Shown here: positions 20,126 to 31,087 of the stretch, piece by piece
Numbering within the stretch: the first letter of the stretch is position 1
How the letters are laid out: every line of letters begins with the position of its first letter
Source of the DNA: a virus
Lineage: Duplodnaviria > Caudoviricetes
Direction: 5' to 3' (one strand)
Length of the DNA: 64,000 nt
IMG/VR virus record: IMGVR_UViG_2896054739_000007
Location: 98,560 to 162,559 of that record
Position numbers and translations under genes: made by a program
The notes under the pieces: model-generated
What the model was told of the DNA's origin: nothing
The model's input: only the letters and a program-made list of their open reading frames with translations
Database searches by the model: none

Positions 20126-20583
20126 TGAGAATTGAGCCAAAAAGAGATATTGAGGCGGGAAAATATTCAACTCTTCTAGTACCAATTTGGGGTACAAGCA
20201 CTATGACAGAAGCAGATGAACTTGAGATGGCAAAGGATTTTCCACAAGTATTACGTTATGCAGACATAGAATTTAAAGGTAAATTCATTGTTACTAACGG
20301 GAATCCTATTATGTCAGACACAGAGGATGCTGTTGAGGTAGTTTTAGATTTAAATGACCAAAAAATCCCGATTAATGAGAATTTAAGTATTAGTTTGGAA
20401 CTTGATTATAATAAGGTTTCAAAAGAGTTATTGGATGAAAAATATCTAACTACGCAGGAATTATATACACAGGCACAGATTATTTTATTTGAATCAAAGA
20501 TTAAGACAAAAATTCATGAACTTTTAGAAATTGCCAGAAGCAACGTAAATGACTTTTTGGTTACATCTGAGGAAGTTCTGTAA
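20125..20583 (+). CDS. Hypothetical protein
   Basis: ORF with GAGG SD. Confidence 0.65.
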   Translation: MRIEPKRDIEAGKYSTLLVPIWGTSTMTEADELEMAKDFPQVLRYADIEFKGKFIVTNGNPIMSDTEDAVEVVLDLNDQKIPINENLSISLELDYNKVSKELLDEKYLTTQELYTQAQIILFESKIKTKIHELLEIARSNVNDFLVTSEEVL

Positions 20584-20631
20584 AAAAGTATCTGTATTGT
20601 GGAGAGTGGCTGTACTGCTCTCCTATTGTTT

Positions 20632-20714
20632 GCAAAGTAAACCCATAAGGTTTGGGACTCCGTTGCTAACGGATGTGTTCTAAAAGGAATGGATTTCGAT
20701 TGTTCCGCTTTGCG
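20632..20714 (+). tRNA. tRNA-Ser (GCU), degenerate
   Basis: GCAAAGT/GCTTTGC acceptor, TCCG-TTGCTAA-CGGA anticodon arm, long variable arm, imperfect T arm. Confidence 0.6.
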
Positions 20715-20719
20715 TTTAT

Positions 20720-20813
20720 GGTGACGTACCGAAATCTGGTTATAACGGCGCAGACTTGAAATCTGATGTGTTATGGAAAACATGACCTGTGGGTTCAAAT
20801 CCTACCGTCACCG
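20720..20813 (+). tRNA. tRNA-Ser (UGA)
   Basis: GGTGACG/CGTCACC acceptor, CAGA-CTTGAAA-TCTG anticodon arm, long variable arm, GTGGG-TTCAAAT-CCTAC T arm, G discriminator. Confidence 0.9.
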
Positions 20814-20911
20814 CTTCAAATAAGCATTTTATTGGATAATTTTTATAAAGTTGTTGAAATTCCACGTAACAATATGATATGATGTATATATATGAATAAG
20901 GTGGAAATGCT

Positions 20912-21875
20912 ATGCAAAAGATATTCAAAAATAAAGAATTAAAAAATGCCATTTCACTAATTTTGACGGTTAGTATTGGTTTAATCGGATCATCTATGGG
21001 TAGCTGGAATGCAAAAGAAGATAAATTTTTCCAATTAAAGTTAGTTTCACTTGTTGTTTTATCTTTTATATTTATAATATTTCTTATTTTTTCTTATATA
21101 TATGATCGAAAAGAAAGCAAAATATTAGATGAATGCTATGATGAAATAAAAAATCTAAAATCTGAAATTAAATTAAAAGAAAAAGAAATCAAAGCTTATG
21201 AAAAAAGTCAACTTGCGTTATCTGCAATCTTAGAAACAAGTGCAGATGATATAAATACTACAGCAAATAACATTAAAAAAAATGATGTAATTTCGCTTGA
21301 TAATTGGAATTTTAGAAAAGAATGTAACTGGATTTGCGAAAAAATCTTAAGTATAATTTCTGATTTATCAATTAATGGTGAAGATTTTGTCGTAAGTATT
21401 TTTCAATTAAATCCATTGTCAAAAGGAAAATCTAAAAGTATTACAATGATTGCGCATTCTAGCAAATTTAGAAACACTCCAGATATTTATGGAAAACCAT
21501 TATCTTTTAGAAGAAACTCTGAATTCTATGCGGTAAAGCTATTTAAAAAAAAATAAACATGAACCAGATGTACTTATTGATAAGAATGAAGTAAATGAAA
21601 GATTTATATATAAAGATGAAAATAATCATCCTGACTATTCTCAATACATTGCAATGCCTATACATTGTAGTGGAAATGATATGCTTTCATTATTACAAAT
21701 CATAGCTTTTGGAGAATCAAAATTGGGGAATACTAAAATTGAAATTACCCAAAAAATCAACAAATATTTACTTCCTTATATCCGCTTAGGACTTATGTCA
21801 TATAAATGCGAAAAAGCTCTTCTTGCCAGTGGCTATTTAGTAGAGAAAATGAAGGGAGGTGCAGGTAATGAATAG
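20912..21875 (+). pseudogene. Membrane-anchored protein (two N-terminal TM helices, GAF-like C-terminus), frameshifted at an A9 run
   Basis: ORFs 20912..21556 and 21654..21875 join if A9 at 21545-21553 is read as A8. Confidence 0.6.
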
Positions 21876-22062
21876 TATTAAACAAGCATTATTATCAGAA
21901 GATGAATATGTCAAAAAAATACTAAGCCCCCTTTATAATAGTAATGAATCTCAAGAAGCTGTCATAAATAATAACCAAAAACAAATAGATGAGCTACTTA
22001 ATACAGAGAAACGTATAAAAGAGCAAATGGAAGAACTTTTATTAAAGTATGCAAATCAATAA
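21868..22062 (+). CDS. Hypothetical protein
   Basis: MNSIKQ start behind GGAGGTG. Confidence 0.5.
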   Translation: MNSIKQALLSEDEYVKKILSPLYNSNESQEAVINNNQKQIDELLNTEKRIKEQMEELLLKYANQ

Positions 22063-22296
22063 TTTGTAGCAAACAACATAACAAAAAGACTGTTAAACTA
22101 TGATATGACAGTCTTTTTGTATAGTTAGAAGAATGGTTTAATTCACTACATAGTAAATACATTATGAAATAGAGCCTTATTGTTCAGTAAAGAGATATTA
22201 TAATACGCTGAGTATGATATTTTCAGAGTCAGAGTTGCCTCCAACAATATCTACGATTTATAATAAATCAAAAGAATTAAATCTCCTGCTCTTTTT

Positions 22297-23019
22297 TTAA
22301 TATGCAGTGAAGGCATCTAATGTATTATCTCTTGCACTCTCATCATTATAATCAAGTGAAATCATTATTACTCTGTCACCAACAATACGAAAATAGTTAT
22401 CTTTATATCTGAAAACATTGTTAAAGTCTACCATGTAACTAACCATAATGTAATCATCGTTACCTATTCTTATAGTTTTATCATCACTAATCAGTACATA
22501 ATTATAAAAGGGATGCCGATCTATTTGCGACTCAAATGACTCAATAAACTGGAAAATATCTATTTCATCAGTCAATCTCTCTGTACATACTCCTGCAATA
22601 ATTGACTTGTCATCAGACATACTCATCATTTCAAATACAGTAGTAAGCTTTGCTTTCCCTAACTCATTTTGATTAAAAACTATAGAAGGACTTCCATCTT
22701 CAAACTCATTCATCTTATCAAGCTCTTCTTCTGTAGACATGTTCATTCCTGCTGGATTGGTATATCGAAGTCCAATAAACTTACTTTCCCAACCTGTTTT
22801 TGTTATAGTTCCTCTATAGTATTCCTCTTCTGTATTGTTTCCAGAAGTTTTTTGCATTAACATTGAAGGTCTAATCGTGAAAATAAGTGACATTATCGTT
22901 AATATAACAGCAATAATAGAAGCCCAATTAGGTTTATCTTTTATATATAAATATATACTAATGCCTCCTAAAACGATAGTCAAAAATAAAGATATATTCT
23001 CTCTCATATATACACCCAT
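22297..23019 (-). CDS. Membrane-anchored accessory (moron) protein
   Basis: Two N-terminal hydrophobic helices; GWESKFIGLRY..P soluble domain. Confidence 0.65.
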   Translation of the reverse strand: MGVYMRENISLFLTIVLGGISIYLYIKDKPNWASIIAVILTIMSLIFTIRPSMLMQKTSGNNTEEEYYRGTITKTGWESKFIGLRYTNPAGMNMSTEEELDKMNEFEDGSPSIVFNQNELGKAKLTTVFEMMSMSDDKSIIAGVCTERLTDEIDIFQFIESFESQIDRHPFYNYVLISDDKTIRIGNDDYIMVSYMVDFNNVFRYKDNYFRIVGDRVIMISLDYNDESARDNTLDAFTAY

Positions 23020-23401
23020 AAATAAAATTTAATAATAAACATTTCAAATTACAATTAAAGTATATCATACCAGATGTTTAAGTAAATGCTTTTGCCAGAA
23101 ATAGATAGTGTAATTTTACTTTAGGTCTTGAAATATATACGTAGTTTATCCAATATCACACCAAAATAGCATGGGACAACAATTTTCCTGCACAATACCA
23201 AATTTCATAGGAAATGTTTCTATTTCAAAAATCAAAGAAAATTTTACACTATCAAAAAATAAGATAATTGGTAGTCCGCTGGTTGGGACCAGACGCTGTA
23301 GGTCCAAGTCCTGCTATTCAGATTTTAGACAGTCATCATGGCTGTCTTTTTTAATTTCAATTATAACACAATATTTCAAAGAATGAAAGGATGGTGACAA
23401 C

Positions 23402-23522
23402 ATGCCAAGAAAAAAAATCACAATCATCTGGCAATAAACCGTTGCCAGCCAATCAACAAAAAGGGAAAAAAGTATGCACATGCTGTCACGAGGAGAAAAA
23501 TTTAACAGAAAAAAAGAAATAA
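23402..23522 (+). pseudogene. Truncated 5' remnant of a CxxC terminase-small-subunit-like gene
   Basis: MPRKK-(fs)-SQSSGNKPLPANQQKGKKVCTCCHEEKNLTE resembles the KKKCPICGDNKS start of 25060..26007. Confidence 0.45.
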
Positions 23523-23579
23523 ATAATAACGACTATGAGAGGATCGATTTTTGTGTTCGTTACACAAGTGGTTGTATCC

Positions 23580-23669
23580 GAGTAGAAGACGCAAGGAAAT
23601 CATGAGCCTTGTGAGTTGGTTACTAACCTCACCACTCTTCTACTCTTTTAATGATTTTTTTGAGGTTAG
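23580..23669 (+). promoter_or_regulatory. Structured leader with loop complementary to the translation-initiation region
   Basis: GAGTAGAAGA/TCTTCTACTC closing stem, two hairpins; loop CTAACCTC (23623-23630) is complementary to GAGGTTAG (23662-23669). Confidence 0.55.
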
Positions 23670-23688
23670 GGAAAGAAGGTTAGAAAAT

Positions 23689-25044
23689 ATGGGAAAGAGA
23701 ATAACTACAGAAGATTTTAAACACACTATTTTTGAATTAACTGGAAACGATTTTGAATTATTATCGGAATATAAAACAGCTAAAACCAAAGTGTTAATGA
23801 AGCATAATAAATGTGGCAACAAATTTGAAATTGCTCCAGATAATTTTAAATCTGGAAATCGGTGTCCATTTTGTGCTGGTAAGAGACATAATATTGACGA
23901 AGCTATTAAAAAAGCATCAAAATTAAATCTTTTACTTTTAGAAGATAAATATGTTGGAATATTTAACAAAATGAAATGTACATGTAATGCACATCCAGAA
24001 GAAGGAATTTTATATACATCAATGAGTGCTTTGAATCTTGGAAATACATGTTGTCCTAAATGCAGATATATAAAAGCAAGAATCACAGAAACAAAAAATA
24101 TAAACATTGATGATATAAGAAACGAATTCAAGGAAAGAAATTTAACTTTAATTTCTATGGAATATATAAATTGTAAAACTCCATTAACATATATTTGTAA
24201 TAAACATATTGAAGATGGTGAACAAATAGTTACATATGACGCATTTAAAAACAATACTAAATTTTGTTGTAATTCATGTGCTAAAGAACACATATCAAAT
24301 TTACACATGACACCAATAGAAGATATTAAAAAGATTGTAGAAGAACACAATTTTGAATTTATTAAAATATCAAAAAATGGTCGCAGAACTATGGTTCATT
24401 GTATATGTAATGAACATAGAGATAAAGGTATTCAAATAAAATCACTTTCTGGAATCAAAAGAGGTTTGGGATGTATTTATTGTGCTGGGATAGCAAAATT
24501 TACACAAGAAGAATTTGAATCTAAAGTCAAAGAAAATGATAGAAATATTCAGATTGTATCCAAATACAACGGAAATAAAAGCAAAGTAAATTGTAAGTGT
24601 AAACAATGCGGATACGAATGGTCTTCTATTGCTTCTAATTTAATGTATGGCGGTGGTTGCCCTAATTGTTCTGGTAGTAAGGGCGAAATGCGAATCCGAG
24701 ATTATTTAGATGATAATAATTTAAATTATGAAAGAGAGTTTTCTTTTGATGATTTATATGGTGATTGCAATAAACAGTTACGGTTTGATTTTGTAATATT
24801 TAATGAAGATGGAACTATCAAATGTCTTATTGAATATGATGGTATACAACACTTTAAGCCAATTAACTTCTGGGGTAATGAATATTCACATACACAAATT
24901 AGATTTGAAACATTGCAACGATACGATAATAGAAAAAGCAATTATTGTAAAGATAATGGAATTTTATTGATTCGTATTCCTTATACTGAGTTTGATAATA
25001 TAGAAAACATTTTAGAAAGTCGGCTGTCTTGTCAGTCGGCTTAA
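23689..25044 (+). CDS. Zinc-ribbon repeat protein with C-terminal PD-(D/E)XK endonuclease (homing endonuclease-like)
   Basis: Repeated C..H/CP.C units; SKGEMRI..LRFDF..LIEYDGIQHF..LLIRIPY; ATG 23689 preferred over the track start. Confidence 0.8.
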   Translation: MGKRITTEDFKHTIFELTGNDFELLSEYKTAKTKVLMKHNKCGNKFEIAPDNFKSGNRCPFCAGKRHNIDEAIKKASKLNLLLLEDKYVGIFNKMKCTCNAHPEEGILYTSMSALNLGNTCCPKCRYIKARITETKNINIDDIRNEFKERNLTLISMEYINCKTPLTYICNKHIEDGEQIVTYDAFKNNTKFCCNSCAKEHISNLHMTPIEDIKKIVEEHNFEFIKISKNGRRTMVHCICNEHRDKGIQIKSLSGIKRGLGCIYCAGIAKFTQEEFESKVKENDRNIQIVSKYNGNKSKVNCKCKQCGYEWSSIASNLMYGGGCPNCSGSKGEMRIRDYLDDNNLNYEREFSFDDLYGDCNKQLRFDFVIFNEDGTIKCLIEYDGIQHFKPINFWGNEYSHTQIRFETLQRYDNRKSNYCKDNGILLIRIPYTEFDNIENILESRLSCQSA

Positions 25045-25059
25045 TTTATTTGAAAGGAA

Positions 25060-26007
25060 GTGGCGATTATAGCTACAAAAAAGGAAACTATTAAAAAGAA
25101 ATGCCCTATTTGTGGCGATAATAAGTCTATTGCCACTGGTTTTTATAAATCATCTAGTCCTTTATTTTCATTAGATGGGTGTGTACCAATATGTATTTCA
25201 TGTGTGAAAAAGGAAGTTATAAATAAAGATGGCACTGTTAATGAAAATAAATTAAAAACAATGTGTCAGAGATTGGACAAGCCATATTATACAGATGGAT
25301 TAGATTCTGCATTTTTACAATGCAAAAAGGAACATGGCTATTTATCTGATGATGAAATCGCTAAATATGGAAATGAAATTATTGGTTTCTATTTTAAGAA
25401 TATCAATACATTGAGACAAAATAGAAATAAAAGTTTTGTAGATTCTGAAAAAGATGGTTTTTCTCATAAAACTGTGAATACCAATACACAAAATAAGAAA
25501 GAGCAAACAATACAAAGATATTCTGATATAAGAGATAAAAAGCAAAATACAGCTATATCTGTTACAAATAACACCATTGAACAAGAAGAACTTATTTATG
25601 ATGATAAATGGATGGGTAAGTATAGTCAAAAAGATATTGATTACTTAAATAGTTATTATGCTGGACTTGAACGAGACTACAAAATAATCACAGAAAACCA
25701 CCGTGACTACGCTCGTAAAATTGCAAAAGCAAGCCTTCAGATGGATAAAGCATTTGATGAAATGATAAATGGAATTGAAGGCGCTGACGCAAGGTATAAA
25801 AATGCAAGGGAAGCTTTTGACACCCTATCAAAATCTGCAAAATTCAGTGAAAGTACCAGAAGTGTAAATGATGTAGGTATAAGTAGTTTTTCTAAAGTTG
25901 CTGCTATGGTTGAATCCCATAATTGGATTCCAGAACATATTCCACTAAAGAAAGATACGATTGATGAAATGATAGACTATTTAAGCACTATCACAAAATC
26001 GCTATAA
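25060..26007 (+). CDS. Putative terminase small subunit (N-terminal CxxC zinc finger)
   Basis: CPICG..FYKS..PICISC; directly upstream of large terminase. Confidence 0.6.
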   Translation: MAIIATKKETIKKKCPICGDNKSIATGFYKSSSPLFSLDGCVPICISCVKKEVINKDGTVNENKLKTMCQRLDKPYYTDGLDSAFLQCKKEHGYLSDDEIAKYGNEIIGFYFKNINTLRQNRNKSFVDSEKDGFSHKTVNTNTQNKKEQTIQRYSDIRDKKQNTAISVTNNTIEQEELIYDDKWMGKYSQKDIDYLNSYYAGLERDYKIITENHRDYARKIAKASLQMDKAFDEMINGIEGADARYKNAREAFDTLSKSAKFSESTRSVNDVGISSFSKVAAMVESHNWIPEHIPLKKDTIDEMIDYLSTITKSL

Positions 26008-26011
26008 TGGT

Positions 26012-27793
26012 ATGCTTATGGATAAATATGAAAAGCAATTAAAAAAAGAAAAGCAACTTTATGATAAAAACCATTCAGAAGATTTTGATTCTACATTTTC
26101 CAATGATCCAATCAACGAGGCTTCTATTGATTATGAAGCGTGGACTGAATTTTTCTCATATTACAGATATTACATAGACGAATTTGCAATTAACATACTC
26201 CATGTAGACCTTTTCCCTTTTCAAAGAGTAATTCTTAGAGCAATGGGAAGAGGTCAATTTAGTTGCCTTATTGCTTGTCGTGGTATTGGTAAATCATGGA
26301 TTGTATGCTTGTTCTATGTATGTGTTTCTATTCTTTATCCGGGGTTAAAATGTGGTATAGCATCTGGTATGTCACAGCAGAGCCGAAATGTCATTATACA
26401 AAAATTAAAAGGCGAACTTTCTAAAAATGAAACTATTGCAAGAGAAATTAACTTTCCTATCAGGACTGGTGCTGATGACTGTTATGCAGAATTTAAAGGA
26501 GGTTCTGAGATTAGGGCTATTACTCTTGCGCAAGATCGTGGTGGTGAATCTGCGAGATCATGGAGATTCCATTACCTCTTAATTGATGAAGCACGGCTTG
26601 TAAAAGATGATATTATCGAAACTATTTTGATTCCTATGACTAAAACTAAACGCCCTAATGCTTTGAAATGGAAACAAAATGAAAAAGGTAAAGTAATCTT
26701 TATATCTTCTGCTTATCTGAAAACAAGTTCTCTATACAAAAGATTTAAGTACCATTATGAACAAATGATAGATGGTAATAAAAACTATATTGCTATGTGT
26801 TTTCCTTATCAAGTAGGAATTCAAGCAGGACTGTTTGGTGAAGATGATATTGAACAAGAATTATCTAAACCATCTATGACAAAGGATAAATTTGCTTATG
26901 AGTATGAAGGAATATTTGTTGGCTCTAGTGGAGAAAGTTATTTTCCTTATGAATTAACAAATGAGTGTCGTGTATTAGAAAGACCAGAGTTAGAACAACC
27001 AAAAAAATCTAATTCAATTTACATTATCACACATGACGTTGCTGTTTCTGATGCAAAAGGTTCTGATAATGCTTGTACTCATGTTATAAAACTTAAACCA
27101 AGACCAGACGGTACATATCTAAAGCAAATTGTGTTCACTAAAGTTGTTAATGGTATGCCACTAAATAAACAAAGAGATATGTTAAGAGAATTATTACATT
27201 TGAAATTTCCTAACACGGATCGAATATTGATTGACGCTCAAGGTGCTGGTGCTGGTTTGCCAAGTTTGTTTTATGAATCATGGGAATATAGAGATGAGCG
27301 TACTGGTAAAGTCACTGAATATCCACCATTGATACAAGATGATGACGAAGTTGGTATTAAAACAATAGAAGGTGCATTACCTATTATTCGTGCAATACAT
27401 GGTATGAATAATTTCGTAAATTTGTATTATCCATACATGAAAGCATGTTTTGAAAATCATACATTGGAATTGTTAAAGCAATCCGAGGAAATTGATTCTT
27501 TGTATAAGCAAGGACAACTTACTTTAGATGAATATGAACAGTATATACAACACGATATTCTTCAAAGTGAATTAAGCAACATTAAGCAAGATTTTACAAA
27601 TGCAGAAAAGATGACCTATACAAGAATTGTGAAATCTACTAAGCGAGATAGAGCAACAAGTCTTATGTATGGGTTAAGCATTTGTTGTGAAATGGAGAAT
27701 GAAAATAAAAACAAAATATATAAGAAGCAAACAAAAATCAATGTCTCCTCTCTCACTGCTCTTGCACGTAAACCAAAATTATATTCTCACTAG
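26012..27793 (+). CDS. terL: Terminase large subunit
   Basis: Walker A CRGIGKS, Walker B LLIDEAR, FISSA coupling motif, nuclease THDVA..SDN..IDAQG..KRDR. Confidence 0.92.
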   Translation: MLMDKYEKQLKKEKQLYDKNHSEDFDSTFSNDPINEASIDYEAWTEFFSYYRYYIDEFAINILHVDLFPFQRVILRAMGRGQFSCLIACRGIGKSWIVCLFYVCVSILYPGLKCGIASGMSQQSRNVIIQKLKGELSKNETIAREINFPIRTGADDCYAEFKGGSEIRAITLAQDRGGESARSWRFHYLLIDEARLVKDDIIETILIPMTKTKRPNALKWKQNEKGKVIFISSAYLKTSSLYKRFKYHYEQMIDGNKNYIAMCFPYQVGIQAGLFGEDDIEQELSKPSMTKDKFAYEYEGIFVGSSGESYFPYELTNECRVLERPELEQPKKSNSIYIITHDVAVSDAKGSDNACTHVIKLKPRPDGTYLKQIVFTKVVNGMPLNKQRDMLRELLHLKFPNTDRILIDAQGAGAGLPSLFYESWEYRDERTGKVTEYPPLIQDDDEVGIKTIEGALPIIRAIHGMNNFVNLYYPYMKACFENHTLELLKQSEEIDSLYKQGQLTLDEYEQYIQHDILQSELSNIKQDFTNAEKMTYTRIVKSTKRDRATSLMYGLSICCEMENENKNKIYKKQTKINVSSLTALARKPKLYSH

Positions 27794-27811
27794 GAAAGGC
27801 GGTGGTCAAAC

Positions 27812-29377
27812 ATCGAAGAAAATACAAATAACAACGGAGCAATAAAAGAACAGTTTCAAGAAGATAAAAAGAATGTGGATAATTTTCTTAATGGGAAATC
27901 ACCGACTTTCAATTTTGCAAGTTTGAAACGACTGGCGTTATCAGAGTTAGCATATAAAGGTGCTTTCAAATATAATCGTATTTGTGGATTTACAAGAAGT
28001 CAAATACTTCGTATCGTTCAAAACCCTGAACAGTATGGAAGTTCTATAATTCGTTTATCACAATATATGTATCTAAAAAGTGGTTATTATAAAAGACTTA
28101 TTGATTATTTTGTTAATATGGCTGTAGTAAACTGGACTGTTGATACCGAGATAAAACAAGAGAAAATGTTTTGTACTACTAAAACTGATAAAGCCAAGAA
28201 ACAATATCAAAAAGATTTTAAAAAGAATTATATCAAATTCACAGCGCAAGCAAACAAATTCAAACTAGATAATCGAATTACTGACATTATGAAAAAACTT
28301 TTTCTTGAAGATGCTTGTTTTGGATTTGTAACAGAAAATGATACTGATATTTCTATATTTTTTATTGATCCAAGATATTGTGAAATCAAAAAACTTTCCA
28401 ACGGTTCAATTTATCAATATGCTATCAATCGCAGCTTATTAAGTAATTCATATTTAAAAACACTTCCTTTAGAATTACAGGAATTATTAGAACAATCAAA
28501 GGAATTTTCTCTGAATAATATGGTTATGGTTCCATATGAAAATTCATTGTGTTTGAAGTATAATAATGATTTTACATATTTGTATAGTCCCTTCTTTCCT
28601 TTGATAGCCTCAATACTTGATATAGATGATATAAAAGATTTGGTCAAAGCAAAATCAGAAGCAGACGCATATAAACTAGTTTATTTCAAGATACCTGTTG
28701 ATGACGAAGGTCATATAACTATGGGTGATGAGTTAATCTATCCATTCGTTGAAATGGCAAAGTCTATCCTACCTGATCGCTTTGGCGTTGTACCATCCCC
28801 TATGGACTTACAGCTTATTGAGTCAAAATCTACTATATCAGATGATAAAAATAAGGTTGAACAGGCTGTTGAAAATTATTATGGAGAAGCCGGTGTATCT
28901 AAAGCACTCATATCTTCTGCTTCTAGCGGTTCTGAATTGAAATTGTCTATGAAGGTAGATTCTTCTGATATTTATCGTATATATCGCCAACTTGAATCAT
29001 GGATGGATTTGCAAATGAAACTTCGTAATTACATCTATGACGATTATCAATTTGTCTATCGAATTTTACCAGTTACTATTTTTGACGTAGATGACTATAT
29101 AGAAAAGAAATTAAAATTGGCACAAGCATCTCTACCAGTTAAAGGAGAATTATTAGCAGCAACGGGTGTAAATACCGCAAAGATGCTTGGAAATTCATTT
29201 ACAGAGCAGATGTTTAAAGAAGATATTTATGATAAGTGGGAAGTGTTAAAAACCTCATACACAACTGCAAATGATGGATCAGAAGGTGGTAGACCAATGA
29301 ATGATGATACTGATTTGGCTCCTTCTACAGATACGCAGCGTGGCAACGATTCAAACAATATGGATAATCGCATATAG
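27812..29377 (+). CDS. Portal protein (start probably ATC at 27812)
   Basis: Position after terL; ~520 aa; C-terminal EGGRP motif. Confidence 0.8.
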   Translation: MEENTNNNGAIKEQFQEDKKNVDNFLNGKSPTFNFASLKRLALSELAYKGAFKYNRICGFTRSQILRIVQNPEQYGSSIIRLSQYMYLKSGYYKRLIDYFVNMAVVNWTVDTEIKQEKMFCTTKTDKAKKQYQKDFKKNYIKFTAQANKFKLDNRITDIMKKLFLEDACFGFVTENDTDISIFFIDPRYCEIKKLSNGSIYQYAINRSLLSNSYLKTLPLELQELLEQSKEFSLNNMVMVPYENSLCLKYNNDFTYLYSPFFPLIASILDIDDIKDLVKAKSEADAYKLVYFKIPVDDEGHITMGDELIYPFVEMAKSILPDRFGVVPSPMDLQLIESKSTISDDKNKVEQAVENYYGEAGVSKALISSASSGSELKLSMKVDSSDIYRIYRQLESWMDLQMKLRNYIYDDYQFVYRILPVTIFDVDDYIEKKLKLAQASLPVKGELLAATGVNTAKMLGNSFTEQMFKEDIYDKWEVLKTSYTTANDGSEGGRPMNDDTDLAPSTDTQRGNDSNNMDNRI

Positions 29378-29396
29378 AAAGTTGGTGATTGAATAT

Positions 29397-29585
29397 ATGG
29401 GTGAGGTGTTGATTTTAGACCAAGTAAAGGCAGATATATTACAGTCGATTGGTTTCAAATATACAAAAAGAAACATTGATAATAAAGAAGTGTTTGTGTT
29501 TATACAAACAAATGAATTGATGAAGGAACTGAACTCAAAGTTTGAGCAAGGTTCTTTTTTATTTAATCCGAATGTTTGCTTGTAA
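29397..29585 (+). CDS. Hypothetical protein
   Basis: MGEVLILDQ start between portal and protease genes. Confidence 0.5.
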   Translation: MGEVLILDQVKADILQSIGFKYTKRNIDNKEVFVFIQTNELMKELNSKFEQGSFLFNPNVCL

Positions 29586-29608
29586 AAATTTGGGAAGGAG
29601 GATGTAGA

Positions 29609-31072
29609 TTGCCAAATACAGAATTAAAAAATATTGATATGACTGCAAAATTTACTAATTTTCAAGTCATCAATAAAGATTTTACTCGATGTAGATGTAA
29701 TGTCTTTTACACAGGACGTAATAGAAATTATTCTGATATAACAGAAGAAGCATTACAAAAATTTATTGCAAGAAAAGGTTATTCAAATGTTCCTGTTGTT
29801 GCACATCTTATGAAAGATGATGATGGAAATTATTATATCGGCGGTCATGATTCTAAAATTATCATAGATAATAATGGAATTGAACTTGTTAATGAATGTG
29901 TGCCGTTTGGCGTAATTCCAGAAGACTGTAATCCGTCTATGGATTTAATTACAGAGCGTTCAGGAGAACAACGTAAATATTTTTCAGTTGATATTATCTT
30001 ATGGACACATCGTTATCCAATTATGGAGGCAGCTTATAGTGATGAAATATATTTCAATCAATCAATGGAAATTTTCTTTGAAGATTACAACTATGATAAC
30101 GACTATGTTGTAGTTAATGACTTCTCTATGTCTGCATTATGTTTGCTAAGGCGTAGTATGGACGCAAATGAAAATATAGAACCTTGTTTTGAGTCTTCCA
30201 GGGTGAAGGCTTTTTCTATTGATACAGATAAATTCAAACAGAACTTTGAGCTGATGTTAGAAAAATTAAAACAGTATGAATCAGATGGTACTACTACCGC
30301 TGTTCAAAATAATGTAACAAACGAACCTAATAAGGAGGAAAAGAAATTTATGGATTTAGAAAAGTTGAAATCTTTTCTTTCTACTTTTACAGTTGGCGAA
30401 AGTGAAAATGCAACCGAGCAGTATGCATTTATTGACGCAACTGAAAATTCTTTTACGGTTATGGATAAGCATGATTGTCTTAAAGTTTATACCGTTGAAT
30501 TTGCACTTGATGACGATGGTAACATTGCTGCTGATTGGGATGGAAAAGTAGAAAAGAAATTTTCTGTAGTAGATTTTGAAACTGAAAATGCAGTATCTAT
30601 GAACGATTTAATTGACTTTAACAAAGTTATAGATAGGTGTGCAGAAGAAAAAGCATTTTCTATTACGGAGGAACTTACTGCAACATTTAATGAGGATATT
30701 GAAGCTAGAGATACCGCTTACGCTGAGTTAAATGATAAGTACACCAAAGCTGTCACAAGGCTTTCTGAGTATGAAAGTGCTGATGCAGAGGCAAAACGTC
30801 TTGCACATAAGAATGAGATTGACACAATCGTTGCTGACTTTGCAAAGAAGATTGGCAGAAGTCCAAAATTCTTAGTTTACAAAGCAAAACTTAATGCTGA
30901 TGAAGTAACAACAGAACAGGTTATGCACGACTTAACACTGATGGCAGGTCAGGAAATGGTAAGTAAATCTGCTTCTTTCTCTTATCAGCCACAGGAAACA
31001 AATGTAGCTTCTAAAAAAGATGATGAATTGACTAATAGATATGGTCATTTATTGGACAAGCACAGAAAATAA
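29609..31072 (+). CDS. Prohead protease/scaffold fusion
   Basis: GRNRNYS, FNQSMEI, ALCLL..EPCFE protease motifs; acidic coiled-coil C-half; internal ATG 30350 behind TAAGGAGG. Confidence 0.8.
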   Translation: MPNTELKNIDMTAKFTNFQVINKDFTRCRCNVFYTGRNRNYSDITEEALQKFIARKGYSNVPVVAHLMKDDDGNYYIGGHDSKIIIDNNGIELVNECVPFGVIPEDCNPSMDLITERSGEQRKYFSVDIILWTHRYPIMEAAYSDEIYFNQSMEIFFEDYNYDNDYVVVNDFSMSALCLLRRSMDANENIEPCFESSRVKAFSIDTDKFKQNFELMLEKLKQYESDGTTTAVQNNVTNEPNKEEKKFMDLEKLKSFLSTFTVGESENATEQYAFIDATENSFTVMDKHDCLKVYTVEFALDDDGNIAADWDGKVEKKFSVVDFETENAVSMNDLIDFNKVIDRCAEEKAFSITEELTATFNEDIEARDTAYAELNDKYTKAVTRLSEYESADAEAKRLAHKNEIDTIVADFAKKIGRSPKFLVYKAKLNADEVTTEQVMHDLTLMAGQEMVSKSASFSYQPQETNVASKKDDELTNRYGHLLDKHRK

Positions 31073-31087
31073 GGAGGGTTTTTAAAT

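Noticed and set aside
20514-20798. Minus-strand 94-aa ORF
   Set aside because: Antisense to two tRNA-Ser genes.
23640-24350. 236-aa minus-strand ORF and the many similar antisense or alternate-frame ORFs in the track (e.g. 2717..3043, 37302..37718, 48516..48875, 61522..61881, 63375..63872)
   Set aside because: Shadows of well-supported genes; no SD or recognisable motifs.
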